A DNA stretch of 63,660 nucleotides, counting the filler, from Hyphochytrium catenoides (lineage: Eukaryota > Protista > Hyphochytriomycota), in NCBI GenBank assembly GCA_900088475.1. It is 9 parts of 9 records of this genome, joined end to end, with 100 filler letters (N's around TTAATTAATTAA, not from the genome) between each part and the next. Parts side by side here need not be neighbours in the genome. Positions count along the whole stretch, not along the records: positions 30,783 to 42,385 come from FLMG01002577.1; positions 42,486 to 44,633 come from FLMG01000240.1; positions 44,734 to 62,235 come from FLMG01001628.1; 6 more parts are not named here. One strand, written 5' to 3'. Made by a program: the position numbers and the translations under genes. Below are positions 38,064-51,082 of the stretch, piece by piece. Position 1 is the first letter of the stretch. Each line of letters starts with the position of its first letter. The notes under the pieces are model-generated. The model worked only from the letters and a program-made list of their open reading frames with translations, was not told where the DNA came from and did no database searches.

Positions 38064-41000
38064 TACATCTCCGGGGTTAGTCTATGCGGCCGTTTGTTTG
38101 GAAAGGAAAATAGATGAGGTTCTTCTCTGTCTCTCTTTGACCATTATAGGGGACGTTGGTTGCCTGGAATGTTGATATCCAGAGGCGGAAGAGGAAAGAG
38201 AAAGACTCTGTCTCCTCTCTCTTCTTTCTCCACTACTGCTGAGAAGAGACAAACATGCACAGCTTAAGATGTTCCTCAGTAGTAAGGAAAAGACAGCGGT
38301 AGAAGACCCCGTTCAAATGCGAGAGAGACAAGCAGGGACAGGAAAGAAATTGTCCAATTTCTCTCTTTCCTTCTTCTCTTCTTCAGTCTTCCTTCCCTTC
38401 CTCCTATCTCGTCCTTCTCTCTCCCACAGAAAGAGAGACTTTCAGTGCTAACGTCGCTTCTTTTCTTCTTCCACCCTCTCTCCTAGGGATCCAGCGACAG
38501 AGACGACGCTTGGGGGAAGAAGTCTGACAAAAAGGAAAGAAAGGAGAGAGAAAGGACGAGAGAGGAAAGGGCAGGAAATTAGAAGAGACGGATGGTGGGC
38601 TTCCAACGGCACTTGTGTCGAAGGCCTCCAAGGAGAGAAAAGAGGGGAAGAAAGAAGAAGAGAAGAAAGCAGGTGAGGAAAAAAGGGAAGAGAGAACAAC
38701 AGAAGAGAGAAAGAAAATTGCAAATGTAATGAAGAGGAGAGGAGAGGAGAGGAGAGGAGAGGAGAGGAGAGGAGAGAAAAGAAAAGAAAAGAAAAGAAAG
38801 CGAAGACAGAGAGGAGAAGAAGAGGGGAGAGGAGAAGAGAAGAGAAGAGAAGAGAGAGAAGAGAGAGGAGAAGAAGAAGAGTGGAGAGAAGAGAAGAGAA
38901 GAAGAGAGGAGAAGAGAAGCAGAGAAGAGAGAGAGGAGAAAGAAAGAGAAGGAGGAGAGAGTCAAGATCGAGCATAATAGAGAGGCAAACAGCCTTTGGT
39001 TCTTTCTTTTGTTGCTCTTTTTTATCAATAAAATGTGATCTACTGCCTTTCCAATAAAAGGGTAGACAGGGAAAAGCAAGTATGATGGGAGGACCATGCC
39101 AAGCGCCCCTTTTCTTTATTAGCGTTTAATAAGGTTTTATTGAAAACTAATCAAAACAGAAGTGAGACAGTACTGTTTGGAACCATGAACAGGCGTTACA
39201 AGAAACAGGACAGCGCCTCCAGGAAGGGGGAATTCCTTTAGGTAAGAAGTCCTTTCTTCTGGCGCCAATCTCTCCTACAGCGGCATATCTTTGGGTCCTA
39301 TGGCCGGTCATAACAGTAGTGGCTTTTTGGTAGTTAGAACCAAATAGAGCGCCCCCTCTCTCTCTCTTCGTTTCCTTCTCTCTCTCTTTTCTTCTCTCTC
39401 TCTCTCTCTCACACTCTCTCTCTCGCTCGCTCGCTCGCTCTCTCCCGCTCTCTCCCGCTCTCTCTCTCACACACATTGTCTCTTCTTTCTCTTTTCTTCT
39501 CCTTCTCTCCTCTTCTAAGGCCTCGTCCTTTCAAAAGCATACCAGACAACATAAACTGTCTAGTGATGATGCTCTGTCCTCTTTGTCATCCTCACCACAC
39601 CTCACAGACAGGCCAAAGAGCTAATACAGCGGTAAAGCTGTTATGAAGGTCCGTTCAGCTAAAGACGCTTTAGCAGGTTGCCTAGCTGAGTTTTCTGGTG
39701 CTTCGCGGATTGCAGAATCAATTCACCACTGACAAGTCGGCAAAAAGCTCGGCTCATCTTAACCTAGAAGCTATCGCTCTTCTGCTCTACCCTAACTTTA
39801 ACTATGAGCTATAATACTACCTTCTACTCTAGTGTCTTCCTTACAGAGTCGTAACGTTATGACTCTAATCTTCTCACTACTAAGATAAACTATAGCTAAG
39901 CGACTCTTTACGACCAGATCAAAGGCGCGTGCCTGGTGACGCTTGTTCTGGCCGGTCCAACTCTACTTTCTACTTCTACCGAAACATGCTACTAGCCTTA
40001 CTCATGCTACGTATCTAAGGGTCTAAGGTTTGACTCTCTGAAAGCGCAACTCAATACTTTTCTCTCTAAGTCTAGAACTCTTCCTTTCCTAGAATCCTAG
40101 ATAAGGCCGAAGTAAAAGAACAACCACAAAGAGTCAGATGAAAGAACGTGAGAGAAAAGTTTGATCCTCAACAGTTCTCTCTCTCTCTCTCTGTACCCTC
40201 TCCCTCTTTCAATTCTGACTGACTGCGTCATTCTCTCTCGAAAGAGTTGTTGCCCTGGCCTGGCTGCCACGTTCTTTATCTGTTGAGGTCTCCGCCCCCG
40301 ACTTTTTGAAGAGACAAGGGCGAGGGATGATAAAGAGGAGAGAACAAAGAAAGATGCAGACAGAAGGAAGAGAAGAGCGCGCCTGCGAGAGAAAAAAACG
40401 AAATGTACACATCATGCAAACAGAGAGAGAAGGAGGATACCCTTTCTCTATCGGTTCCGTAGCTATAAGTACGCACTGTCAGTCTCCTGGACGGTCATAA
40501 GCTCTCTCTCTCTCTTTCTCTCTATCTACTGTCTCTATTTCTATCAATCTTCTATCTCTATCTTTCTCTTCTGCGCCTGTCGTCTCACGCCTAGACAGTT
40601 TGTTGACCTCCTTTCGCGTTTTTTGCATTGAGGGGCCAGCCCGATGGAAGGCGAGGAAGAAGACCTCGCTAGCGTCTTTCTCTCTCCAAGCGCTTACCTT
40701 CAAGCCCAACGGTGAAGGAGAGAGAAAAAGAAAAGGTGAAGAGAGAGAGAGAGGGAGAGAACGCTATTTTGCATCCTCCTTCGTTCTCAAGAGGTGTTTT
40801 CTGTACCCTTTCTCTTTCGTACTCTTGCAAGAAGAAGAGAAAGAACAACAACTGTCTGCTGGTGTCGTCGTCTTTATATAGTTCTTCCATTGTTATCATC
40901 CGTTCCTAGGATAGCTTAGAGCTCATCATCAAGGCCCATCGCTGCTGAAGAAGGAAGGTACTAGAGATGCAAAAGCAAGCCAAGAACAAAGGCTGCGGCA

Positions 41001-41105
41001 GGAGGCCAAACCACCAGCTATTGAGAGCGAAGGGAAAAGAAGAACCGAGCTTCAGCTATGAACTCAGGTGCAGAAAGTGTTATCCATTGTTCAGTGTGGA
41101 TTGTC

Positions 41106-41220
41106 TGTGTGTGTGTGTCCGTCTGTCTGGTTGTTGGCGTGTGTGTGTGTCCGTCTGTCTGGTTGTTGGCGTGTGTGTGTGTCCGTCTGTCTGGTGGTCG
41201 GTGTGTGTGTCAGTCTGTCA
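41106..41220. repeat. Minisatellite, about 32-nt unit (GT)n-CCGTCTGTCTGGTTGTTGGC, about 3.5 copies
   Basis: Tandem copies are directly visible. Confidence 0.85.
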
Positions 41221-41383
41221 GCAAAATTTTACAACATGGGACACGGATTCGCATCTTTTCAACCACAGAAAGAAGAGAGATCTGAAAGAAAAAAGGAGAG
41301 AGAGAGAGAGAGAGAGAAAGAGNNNNNNNNNNNNNNNNNNNNNNNNNNNNNNNNNNNNNNNNNNNNNNNNNNNNNNNNNNNNN

Positions 41384-41434
<51 letters not shown>

Positions 41435-42003
41435 CAGACAGAGAGAGACAGAGAGAGAGAGAGGGAGAGACACAGAGAGAGAGAGTGAGAGGAGGGAGGA
41501 AGAGGGGCAAGGGAAGGAGAAGCGAGAGGGCCAGCGAGACAGCAAAGAGCGCGCGGAGGGAGAGAGAGAAAGAGAGACTGGACGGAGGTTGGAGACTCTT
41601 GAAGCAGCCACTCTCGAGATGAGGGATAAGATAAAGAGGAAAAGAAGAGAGAGGGAAGAAGAGAGACGGGCGCCAGCCACTCCCTCTCCCTCCTTCACCA
41701 TGTCCTCATGATGCAGGCTGCAGAGCCGCCTTCTTCTCTCTCCTGCACCTCTGCCACGGACACCGCCACCGATCTCCTGAGTACAACGGCAGGCCAAGGA
41801 AAGAGAAAAGCAGCGTCTCTTTCTTTGTCTTTGGAGAAGAGAGAGAAAACGGGAGGAGGCAACTTGCTTCTCTCCGATGATTGGCGGGGAGGAAAGAGAG
41901 AGAAGAGAGAAAATGGAAAGCCTCCACCAGAGGTGAGACCATCCGTCCGATCCTTTCTCTCTTTCTGGAGCTCTTCTGATCCTTCTCTAGGTGACTCTAT
42001 CAA

Positions 42004-42062
<59 letters not shown>

Positions 42063-42385
42063 CTCTTTCTCTCTTTCTGTGTATCTGTCTTCGTTCGTAG
42101 AGTGGGAGACAACCAGCTATGTAGTTCACCCTTTCTTGCTTTATAGCTCTCTCTCTCTTCCTTTGGATTTCGTTCGCTATCTTCGTCTTCATAGTAGTCT
42201 GTCTCCCTCTCTCTTGGACATGCTCTCCCTCGCTTTTCTTTCTATGGCTCTCTCTCTCTCTCTCTCTTCTCTGCCTGGGGTATCCATTCTCTCTTTGTCG
42301 CAAGAGATAGGCTTCGGGCTCTTTCCTTCTCCTTCTTTTTTGTCACTGTCAACTTCTCTCTCTGTCTCTTTGTCTTTCTCTCTTC

Positions 42386-42485
42386 NNNNNNNNNNNNNNN
42401 NNNNNNNNNNNNNNNNNNNNNNNNNNNNNTTAATTAATTAANNNNNNNNNNNNNNNNNNNNNNNNNNNNNNNNNNNNNNNNNNNN
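42386..42485. other. Artificial contig spacer
   Basis: N run + TTAATTAATTAA + N run. Confidence 0.97.
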
Positions 42486-43738
42486 CGCTGCTCAGACGGC
42501 TAAATGGTCGGAGCAGACAGACAAGGGAGAGGTAACTTTGTCTCTGCTGAGCTAACCAGACTCAAGATTTAGCGCGCTAAAACGTTTCCTCGCACTCCTG
42601 GTGGAACTAACTTCCTCGCCTTGGTAAACGTCCAATCTTTCTTTCCAATAAGTCCCACTCTGCTTGATCTTCCCCTTGCCTTGACTGCCGGGCCTCCGTA
42701 TAATTACTGGACCCGCCCGCCTGTCTGTCTCCGTCTGTCTGTCTGGCGCGCAGCGCTGCGCCGTCCTGGACCGGCGGCAGGCCAGGCGCGGCAGTCCCAT
42801 CATCGGCCCGCCCTACAGCGCGATATAGCAACCACATCGGCTTGGGAAATCTTTCGATGTTGAAAGGTTTCTTTGATCAGGTCAGCGTTTAACTGGTAAA
42901 GGTTCATTATTTCTATTTGCATTGCAATGAAACATTGAAACACCACCCGCTCTGTAACGCCCTCCGTTCAGCCCCCAACGCACCTCCTCCACTTCACTAT
43001 CGACAAGCATTCAATGCCTCCTCCCACCACTCCCCCAGGAGCGGCTAACGATCCGGTGGTATAGGGTGTCTTGTCCTGTCAATAGAACTGCGGGGCGGTT
43101 TAGGATCAGGAGGCTAGTGGTGGGCAGCTAATGGTTGGGTTGCAGGCTGCAGTAGTGGGAACAGCAGCAGCAGCAGCGACAAGAGGACGAATGATGAGGA
43201 ACGAGGAACGAGGAAGAAGAGATCCTTCGCAGGTCAGAACAATATAATGTCAAGTGAGCTGTGAGCTGACGGCACGCCTTTCATCAAGTGCTGCCTGCTG
43301 TGTGCCCATGGTGTCCACAGACCCAGCAGCCTCCTCGCTTTCCTTCTTCTCTGGCCATCGTGCCAGCCTTCATCATACATGTGAGAGCCCGAGATAACAC
43401 GTCTTCCCTGAGACTGGCAGACACACGTCAAAGGCTGCCAGTGGCTTGTATTCCAGAGCGGCGGGCAAGCTGAGATTCTCCTTGCTTTTCATAACTCTTG
43501 TCGACCTGTTGGTGTGACAAGGACTCCCTGTTTGCTCCTTCCTCTCCTCTCGCTACTGCCACCGATTGAGGACGGCGCAGCCCTACCTTTTCACAGAGTT
43601 GGAGCCCACTTCCCCACAATAAACTCCTTCAAGAACGTGATACACTCCTCCAATAAAGGAATAGCATCGGGACACAGTCTGGCCATAGAAGGTGCTCGCC
43701 TTGGTAAAGGAGAATCGTAGTAGTAAGTGCTCTGCGCG

Positions 43739-44633
43739 ATGGCCCGTGTCAACAGAAAGCGCAAATTGAAGCAATTCGATCCAGCTTACCGTGGGCCAAA
43801 GGAGGACACAGAGAAGAACTTGGATCAGGCACCTTTTGACGACAGCGATCTCGAGGGAGAGCCAGGTAACACTTTCCTATGCGTAGGTCTAGGATGCTCT
43901 TTCATCTCACCTGAAGCGCAATATCTAGCTCCGAAGAAGAAAAGGAAGGGTAAAAAGCGTCAGCTCGGTGAAGAAGAGCTGGCGAGGGTGATTCTTCGTG
44001 AGGATGAGTACTTGGAATCGAAGAAGAAGCCTACACAAGAAGAGGTCAGATCCAAGTTCAGTCTGTGAGGTTCCTATGTTTTGCTCTCTCGCCTATGTCT
44101 TCGGCTCGGCTCTAGCGCTGTCCCTGTTCACTGACTGTCCGAACTCTTATGGGACTCCTGACTTCGTCCATTATCTGCCTCTTTTGCTCTGCATCTCCCT
44201 AATCCGGTCTAAGAATGGCGCTGAGTCTCAATAACTATTACAGCAAAAGTTCAAGATTCTACCCCGTCAAAGTTGGGAGTCACGGAAGCAGTTCGAAAGG
44301 CGGTTGAAGGCTGAGACTCAGAGAGCCCTGTTAGAAGAGACCAGGAAATCGAGAAAGACAACTCAGAAGCGGAAGGAGTAAGACCTCAACAGTGAGGGTT
44401 CTCAATTCTTTTGCTGTAAATCCTTATCGTTCTGTCATTCTCTTCCCATCTCTGGCATCCCGCCACTCTCTTTGTGCTATGTTAGGTTTCTGCAGCAGAA
44501 GAAGCTGAAGAAGAGCAAGGAGAAGCATCGGGAGCATAATCCACAGAGTAGCAAGGTAGATGATGGGGTGCCAGACTTTAAGACTAACGACCCAGTCAAG
44601 TTCGGGGAGGTGGCCGACAGACCTCCGGAGCTA
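43739..44633 (+). CDS. CCDC137: CCDC137-like basic (probably nucleolar) protein, 3'-partial, 4 exons
   Basis: MARVNRKRKLKQFDPAY..; RQSWESRKQFERRLKAE; DPVKFGEVADRPPEL resembles the CCDC137 DxVKFGEVxxxPPEL motif. Short GT..AG introns. Confidence 0.72.
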
Positions 44634-44733
44634 NNNNNNNNNNNNNNNNNNNNNNNNNNNNNNNNNNNNNNNNNNNNTTAATTAATTAANNNNNNNNNNN
44701 NNNNNNNNNNNNNNNNNNNNNNNNNNNNNNNNN
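44634..44733. other. Artificial contig spacer
   Basis: N run + TTAATTAATTAA + N run. Confidence 0.97.
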
Positions 44734-45404
44734 ATAAAAGGCGGTGTCTCAAAGTTCTTGAAGCCTCTCATTTCGATCTCTTTGTCAATCGTCACATCCT
44801 TGACATTGACGATGGCCTTGACGTCTGCACTGCCCTTCATTACCCATTTAAACTTGTCTGCTGTCAGCAGGTACGCGTTGAACTGTGCCAATGCGTCAGC
44901 AGAGACGACCTTAGCGGTAGAGGTCAGCAGCGCAGCCTCCTTGTTCTTCTTCGCCTTGAAAGAATCAGAATTCACGAGCTTCGCCAGCAAAACGTTCTCA
45001 CCATTCTCCTTTGCCCAGATGAGTTCAAGATTGTCGTTCATAGAGACCGTGGCATCCACAGGGCCAGACTTGGTCATCTTCTGCAGTGCCGTGGTCTTGA
45101 ACTCTGTCTCTCCAGGGTTGATGATCGTCGCGGTCACTATCTCAATGCCAGAGCTGTCTACCAAGTGCTTGACCATCGCGGGGATGATAGCGAGGAAGAG
45201 AACCAGGAGGGTGACGAGAAGAGTGAGAAGAGAGACAACGCCGCAGATGAGATAACTGCGTTGTCTTCTCTTCTTATCTTGGCTCTTGAAGCCCCAGCAA
45301 TCGCCCTTGCGACCTTTGCCGGCGTCCTTTCCTGCCTCATAGTCAGTCTTTGGATCGTCCATGATTGAGTTATACTTTTGAGAATCCTCGTTGTTCCGAG
45401 CCAT
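44734..45404 (-). CDS. Type II membrane protein with a DUF3712/Tag1-like (LEA_2-related) luminal domain, 3'-partial, no intron in the visible part
   Basis: A basic stretch is followed by a single TM (LICGVVSLLTLLVTLLVLFLAIIP..VD.S.I) and then FNAYLLTADKFKWVMKG..VTIDKEIEMRGFKNF. This matches my recollection of the DUF3712 pattern. Confidence 0.7.
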
Positions 45405-48400
45405 TGTCTCTGTCTTGGCAGCCCTAGGAGTCCGCTGTTTCTCTCTTGCTGCTTGCTTGAGAGGAGGAAGGTTGAGAAGTGAAGATTGAGGGAGAGAGTG
45501 TTGCTTGTGATCTTCTCTCTTTCAACGGTTTACCCTCTGCCGCTTCTTGTCTCTCTCTACAATCTCCTCTCGCTCTCGAAGCTGCTGAGTGCTATTGGAG
45601 GTCAAGCAAGCTTCTTATAGGCACAGATAATAAGTACAAGCTCTCTACACTGATAGGTAGGACGAGGAGGAGAGGGGAAGAGAGAGAGAGAGAGGAAAGT
45701 GAAGGGTGGGACGGAAGGAAGAAGAAAACGAAAGGTAGAACTAGTTCTGATGTTAGTTCAGAAGAAGACAAGGGACGTGGAGAAAGTCTTTGGACGATTG
45801 GCCTAGCCGCCATGCTGCTGACGGCTCCTGCAGAGCTGCAGCACTGCGGGTGTGACCCCTCCTTGTCCCCTCCTTTCCCTCTTCCTTCTTCTCTCTCTCT
45901 CTCCTCTCTCACTCTCTCCTCTTCTCTCTCTCTCCTGTTACCTCTCTCTCTCTTCCTTTTCCCTCTCTCTCCTTTCGTCTCTCTCTCTCTCTCTCTCTCC
46001 TCTTCTCTCCTGTTTGTTCTTCTCTCTCTCTTCTTTCTCAACTCTCTTTCTCTGTTTCTCTCTTCTTTATGCCTTGGAAAGGTAAGAAAAGTCAGAACAT
46101 CAGCAATCGGAACAGATAGAAAGGACACTACCAAAAACGAGACAGAGCAACGAGAGATAGAGCTCTCTATGGCAATTCATAGATAAGCGTTAAATGAGTG
46201 CAAGAGAGGTATGGTAGCTGAGGGGAGGAAAGGGAGTGAAATGTGCACCAGGATGACACTCCAGCCTCACTTGCAGGTGAGAGGAGAGGGCCAACTGATC
46301 CCAGGGCGGTATATTAACGGATAGTATTCGTTCATCTGGCACTGTGCAGGCCGACAGGGAGGCGAATGTATGAGTTATATGGGTAGTGAGACCCGGTTAC
46401 CGCGATGGCTAACCAACATACAGTGTGATAAGATTTGAGCTATAATACTTCTTAATTGACACGCCTTTTGCTTGGTAGCGGCAGTAAACCCAGATTCATC
46501 GAGCCCAGGTTCCATGCTAAACAAACACAAGTCTCTTTATGTTGAGCCCAGGAAACCCTAGATATGATGGCTACTTACCCTTTTTAACCCAGACGACCTC
46601 CGCGACGGTGATGCACAGGGTACCCCCCTGATGACGCTCCTTTGGGGAGAATGATCACACCTTTGGGTGGAGGGCGCTAGCATTATGCCGTCTGTTTACA
46701 AGGGCCCACCCCTCCAAAGTATGACAACTAGTAACGCTCAGAAGAGTAAGCGAAACTAATGATTTAATTCCCACGATTCACAAGGGCTGAAAGAAGAGGG
46801 TTCTCTACTATATCACAGTAGGACTTTCAAATGAAACTTATTTTAAAAAAAGCAGTTGAATGTTTATTTCCTGCGCTTTAAGTTTCAGTTGAAGTTCGCT
46901 GAGGGGCCACCTAAACACCGCCTTTGTGACTGCTACGCTCCTCTCCTCGCGTTAGTCCTCTCTTCTTCTCTCTTGTCTCCTCATCTCTCTCACATCTCTG
47001 TCTTCTTACTTGCTAGGCAATACTCCCATTTATGTTCTCTCTCTCTCATTCTGTCTCTTCTCGTGTCTCTCGCTCTCGCTCCTTTCTTCCTTCCTCTCTC
47101 TCCTATTTTCCAAGTTCTGGCTACGAGTACCTATCCAAAGAAAGAAAAGACCTCGTCGTCACCTAGTATTCTTTTGCCTTGAGCAGCGTCACTTCCCACC
47201 TCATTTTCCACCTTTTTCCCTCCTTTTTCCTCTTTCTCAGGATGTTGACACAGCAGAATGAAGCCATTCGGCGTCTTTCCAGGCCTGTAGGCTGCTATTC
47301 TATAACCAATAGATTCTTAGACTTTGACAGCAAAAGTAGAAACTACTTGCTTTAGGAAGATCTTCCCCCCACATTTTTTGCCCTCCATCAGCAAGCAGCA
47401 GCAATCACCCTTCGCCGACTCTTTGGACCTTTCGAATTTGCAGCAGGTGGCACTTTCCTTTCGCATTCGTTCTCACAGAAAAATGAGGAAAGTAGACCGT
47501 CCGTCTCATCAGCCCTTTGACCCCAGAGATCATCCTTCCTAAAGCAGTGACGTGTCACGCCACCTAAGAACCTGGGCCATCACCTTCCATTACTTTCGTT
47601 AATATGTCTAGATATAGTAGTTACATTAGCAAGTGAAGGATGACATTTAGTTAATCTCGTACTTCTTCTATTTTCGTTGGTACTTCTCAATAGAGCTGAC
47701 TTAGACGATTGAGTAAGATTCGTGCCATACTTTGATGATTTTTGTGTAAAAATCGGGTGATTTCGAGTTGGGCCGTTACACGTCAAGATTGTCCTACAGT
47801 GCACTCACATTTCTAGGCTGCAGCATATCTTGGTGACTGTGTACTCTTTGGACCATGGACTCTATCTGATGAAGAATGATGCGTCCGACGGCATCTGGCC
47901 AAAGCTCAACGTCAGGCTTTGGAAGTGAAGATGCCGTGGCCACGGATGCATGGAGAAGGAAGATTGACTCTGCAGCTATAGGTGGTAAGGGGCAATGTAG
48001 GTTGGTTGACGAAGAAGGAAAAAGGAGACGGGGACGTAGATTGTCTGCAACGGCAATTTGAATCAGAAGGCGCAGCAGTGGCGTTTGGACGATGTGGAGA
48101 GTGATGATGAGTCACTTTCGTGGAAAGGAGAGAGGCAAAGTGAGAAGTGGGTCGATGATGATGCGCCACGGACGGCCAGGATGGTGGGTGACTAAAGGTT
48201 ACCGAGTTCTATGTCTTTCCGTTTTTCTCTCTTCACAGCGGACAGCGCCATTGTCTCACTTCTCGGACACGGTCCGTGCTCTTCTCTCTTAGGTCCATTG
48301 ATTCTTCGGTCCTGCTGACTGTGCTAGAACGAGAGGGTGCTCGTTTTGTTTGGACCTCATTCTAGACCGTGACGAGTTCACCATGAGCGGGGCGCCATCA

Positions 48401-51018
48401 ATCCGTCACAATCGATGTGACTGCATCTTCGCCTCCCTCGAGGGGCAGCCATGACTGTGCGACTACTCATCATCGCCACCCATGGACCGTCCGTAAACAT
48501 GCTTCCTGTATATGGTTGCGCCTTCTGTCATCCTGGCGGCGTAGGTTGTAAAGAATGGGAAGACAATGACTCCTAAACGTCGTTCATCACAAGGAGTCCA
48601 ATTCTTTATCAGGTTCCTATGTCTGAGCTTTTGGTAAGAAGAAGTGTTAAGAAGAACTCGTCGTCTTATGGAGGTAGAACCAAGATGATGAGAGACTGCG
48701 CATCACTTTGGCGCAACCATTATTCTGACTGTCTTATCTTGGCTCTGGGTCAAAAGGAAAGGAAGATGAGAGAAGACGGCGTAGGAGGCAATGATGTTGA
48801 GCCATTAACAGAGAAGACGAAGATCTAGAACTGTCATAGTTCTTGAAGCCCTCCTATCTCTAACATCCTTGAAGGCAGGAGAGAACAGGAAGAGAAGAGA
48901 AAGATAGACTTGATGTGACTCTCTCTCTTGACCATCAAGGAAGCAGCAGGCAGTCGGAGTGATTGTTTATCGTGACAGACGGAAGATTAGCTGATAAGCG
49001 CCAGGAAGAAAGGACGATGAGTGAGAGACGACGACAGAGAGAAAGAGAAACAGACAGCGAAAGGAGAGACAGATAAGAGATATAATCAGGAAGGAGTACT
49101 ACAGTCAAGAGAAGAGAGTGGATGTTAACGTAATAGAGCGGTAAAGAAAAGAAGGAGTTGATTCAAGAAACACCGCATGAGGTTCTTCTGATGGTTGATA
49201 CAAGTTTGATGGAAGAGAGACCCTGCTGCTGATGTTGAAGAGCGAAGAGACACGACTTCAGATCAGAGGACAAGAGCATCTGTTCTCTCCCTCTGTGGGC
49301 CCCCACTCTGGGCCCCGGTCCCAGTCTCTTCCTCTCTCCTCCCTGCTGTCTTTTGCTCTAGGAGACAGACTTAGAAAAAAAAAAGGAGCAGAATGTCATC
49401 TCTCTCTGTGCCTCTCTCGCTCATGTCGTCTGTGTGCTGTGGTTGACTCTCTTTTCGCCCTGTGTTTTCTCTCGTGTCGCTCTCTCTCTCTTCTTCCCCC
49501 ACAAGAAGCTGACCGACAATAGTGGCTCCGTTTTCTTTTGCCCTGAGATCGTCTGCAGCCTCCTCATAGACAGAACATCATGCTTCCTTCTTCCTCTGTC
49601 TTCTCTTTCTCTGTGTGTGTCCTCTCCTCTTAACAGGTCCGTTTTTCTCTCCGTTTGTTGGGTCGTTCTCTCGTGTTCCTCTTACCTATTATTCCTCTCT
49701 GTGCTTCTTACCTTTTCTTCCCCTCGCTCTAGTTGTTCTGTCTGTCCGTCTCTCTCTCTCCCCTTCTCCATGCTAGTGAAAATTGTCTTCTCTCCGAGAC
49801 GCGATGCCTCTCTCCCTCTTATTCTTCGTTGCTCCCTCCCTACTATCACCACTCGGGATCTTCTCCTGTTTCTATTATAGACAGGAGACTAGAGAAATGC
49901 TTCATCTTCTCGCCAAGAAAAGAATCTCTCTTTCCTTCTTCCATTTAACATGCGGCAGTCCCCTTCAGCAAGACACTTCCAGTTCTCTTTCTCTCCTCTC
50001 TCTTTGAAGTCAGTTTTTCCATTTCGATCTTTTAGGACAACAGCGATGGCTGCTGCTACTATTATGTGTTGTGTGGAGAGAAAGAGAGAGAGAGTCAGCA
50101 GGGAGAGAAGAGAGACAACGGGGGGGAGCGAGAGAGAGAGAGAGACGGGGAGAGCGAAAAAGATATGAAGCTGGTCATGCTCCGGTCGCGGCTCGTGAGC
50201 ATTCGTCGTCCTTTCTCTTCTACTTCCTACCTACGTTTTTTCTCCGTTCGTTATGATGCTTATAGTATGATGATGATGGTGTTAAGGGCCGTCCCTTCTC
50301 TCTTTTTGTCTCTCTTTCTTTTTGTTCTTGTGTACATTCCTCTTTGTTCTCCGCTTCGTTCTTTATTCAAGGAAGCCGCAGATGGAGGAGGAGAGAGGGC
50401 TTGGAACTATTTATCTACCGAAGAGAGAAGAAGAAGGCGCCACTATCATCTCTTCTGTCTTGCTTTCTTCTCTCGCTTGTCTTCTTCTACCTTATTTAGA
50501 GAGAAGAGTTGCTTGAGCGGTGGCTGCCGACGATGAACAGGAATAATAAATGGACAAGTTAGCGGGAGAGAAGCAGCAGGACCAAAAGAGAGAGAAGAAA
50601 GGAGAGAGAAGAGTGAGAGCGAGGGGTGGAGAGACAGAGAGAGGGAGAGATGAAGAAGAGATTAGAGGATGTCGACAAAGGGTTGTTCTCTTCTTCCATT
50701 CTTCATCCTTGCAATAATAACAAATCAGCGCTTGTCGCGAAAGGTCATTCAGGCAAGAAGGGGCGATAGTAGAAAGAAGTGGGGAGAGGATATAAAGAGA
50801 GGAGAGAGAGAAAGAAGAGAGAGAGAGAGAGAGAGAGAGAAAGCAAGGGATAGAGGGAGAGACAAAACAGAGAAAGAGAAGACTCAACAACAACGAGAAG
50901 AAGAGAGAGAAAAGACGAGAAGAGCAAAAAGCTGTGGTTTCTGTATCTGTTCCCATCATCATTTCCTACTGACCTCCCCTCGGAGCTATGAGTAGCAAGA
51001 TTCAGCTCTGTCAGTCAA

Positions 51019-51058
<40 letters not shown>

Positions 51059-51082
51059 CTTTCGCACCATCCTCTTCTCTCC

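Noticed and set aside
36600-42385. Possible additional genes (e.g. GIPPSWRRCP at about 39210-39240 on the minus strand; exon-like 41708-41932 on the plus strand)
   Set aside because: I could not build a consistent spliced model or recognise a family, and frames close in the candidate exons.
46570-46665. U1 snRNA-like words (TACTTACC, TGCAC, GATCAC)
   Set aside because: The order and spacing are wrong for U1 and there is no clear Sm site. TACTTACC is simply the complement of a donor site.
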